A DNA stretch of 24,229 bases from an uncultured Candidatus Saccharibacteria bacterium (lineage in GTDB: Bacteria > Patescibacteriota > Minisyncoccia > Phycocordibacterales > GWA1-40-21), in the NCBI GenBank assembly GCA_964585835.1, contig CAZPFF010000006.1:1-24229 (forward strand), in the 5' to 3' direction. The notes under the pieces were generated by a model that had not been told where the DNA came from, ran no database searches, and saw only the letters and a list, made by a program, of their open reading frames with translations. Below, piece by piece: positions 23,871-24,229 of the stretch. The stretch's first letter is position 1; each line of letters opens with the position of its first letter. The translations under genes were made by a program, and so were the position numbers.

Positions 23871-24229
23871 TTAAATAACATTTGAGAATACAATCTTCAC
23901 TGCCCCGGATTTGTTTTTATTTTTAAATAGATTTAATCCCAGTAAAAAATTCTTCAGTGGTAATGTGTGGGTTATTATTCCTTCAAGGTTAAGTTTATTC
24001 TTTGATATTAAGTCTATCGCGACACTAAAATCATTTCTTTTGCTTGATGAATTATAAGAATTTGCACCGATAACTTTTATTTCTTTGGAAAAAATTAATC
24101 TGGCGTTAATTGGTAATTGGTAGTTTGCCTTATAAGCGCCCATGACAATTATATCACCCATTTTCTTAGTTATTCTAGCAGCTGTATTGATTGTCTCACT
24201 TTCCTCTCTGCCAACACATTCAAATACAC
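23871..24229 (-). CDS. Zn-dependent alcohol/threonine/sorbitol dehydrogenase family (MDR). Only the C-terminal part is in the window. The gene continues past the window end.
   Basis: The frame stays open upstream of the listed Met to the window edge (…VFECVGREESETINTAARITKKMGDIIVMGAYK…PINARLIFSKEIKVIGANSY…KIVFS). This is the typical C-terminal Rossmann and closing region of MDR dehydrogenases. Confidence 0.6.
   Translation of the reverse strand, partial: VFECVGREESETINTAARITKKMGDIIVMGAYKANYQLPINARLIFSKEIKVIGANSYNSSSKRNDFSVAIDLISKNKLNLEGIITHTLPLKNFLLGLNLFKNKNKSGAVKIVFSNVI

Overview
This window comes from a low-GC bacterial chromosome, with about 37-40% GC in coding sequence and very AT-rich intergenic regions. 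The gene set looks reduced (AspRS without the GAD insertion, UvrC without the C-terminal HhH domain), which is consistent with a reduced-genome lineage such as Patescibacteria/CPR, but the taxon is not certain. The right two-thirds (7.6-24.2 kb) is one long minus-strand block of housekeeping genes, with tight spacing and short overlaps: a partial Zn-ADH-type (MDR) dehydrogenase, a HAD hydrolase, trpS, two paralogous fused ABC exporter genes, a small NrdG/QueE-like radical-SAM protein, aspS plus a HIT hydrolase, scpA-scpB, a PBP5-type D,D-carboxypeptidase, mraY-ftsW-murG, an M23 peptidase with a coiled coil, and a small membrane protein. The left third carries a UvrC-like gene, rpmA (L27, alone on the minus strand), and a plus-strand block with a membrane-anchored Cys-motif protein, a DEDD exonuclease, a small lytic transglycosylase, and the main result: an intact 836-aa homologue of the eukaryotic major vault protein (MVP). 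The MVP gene is about 55% GC, has its own sigma70-type promoter and intrinsic terminator, is flanked by 16-17-nt direct repeats, and lies next to a ~600-bp decayed non-coding stretch containing an ABC-ATPase gene remnant. Other notable features are a T-box riboswitch leader in front of aspS with its own promoter, a degenerate partial copy of that element acting as the terminator after the ABC operon, and two copies of a ~94-nt double-stem structured intergenic repeat. No rRNA, tRNA, CRISPR arrays, transposases or integrases were seen.
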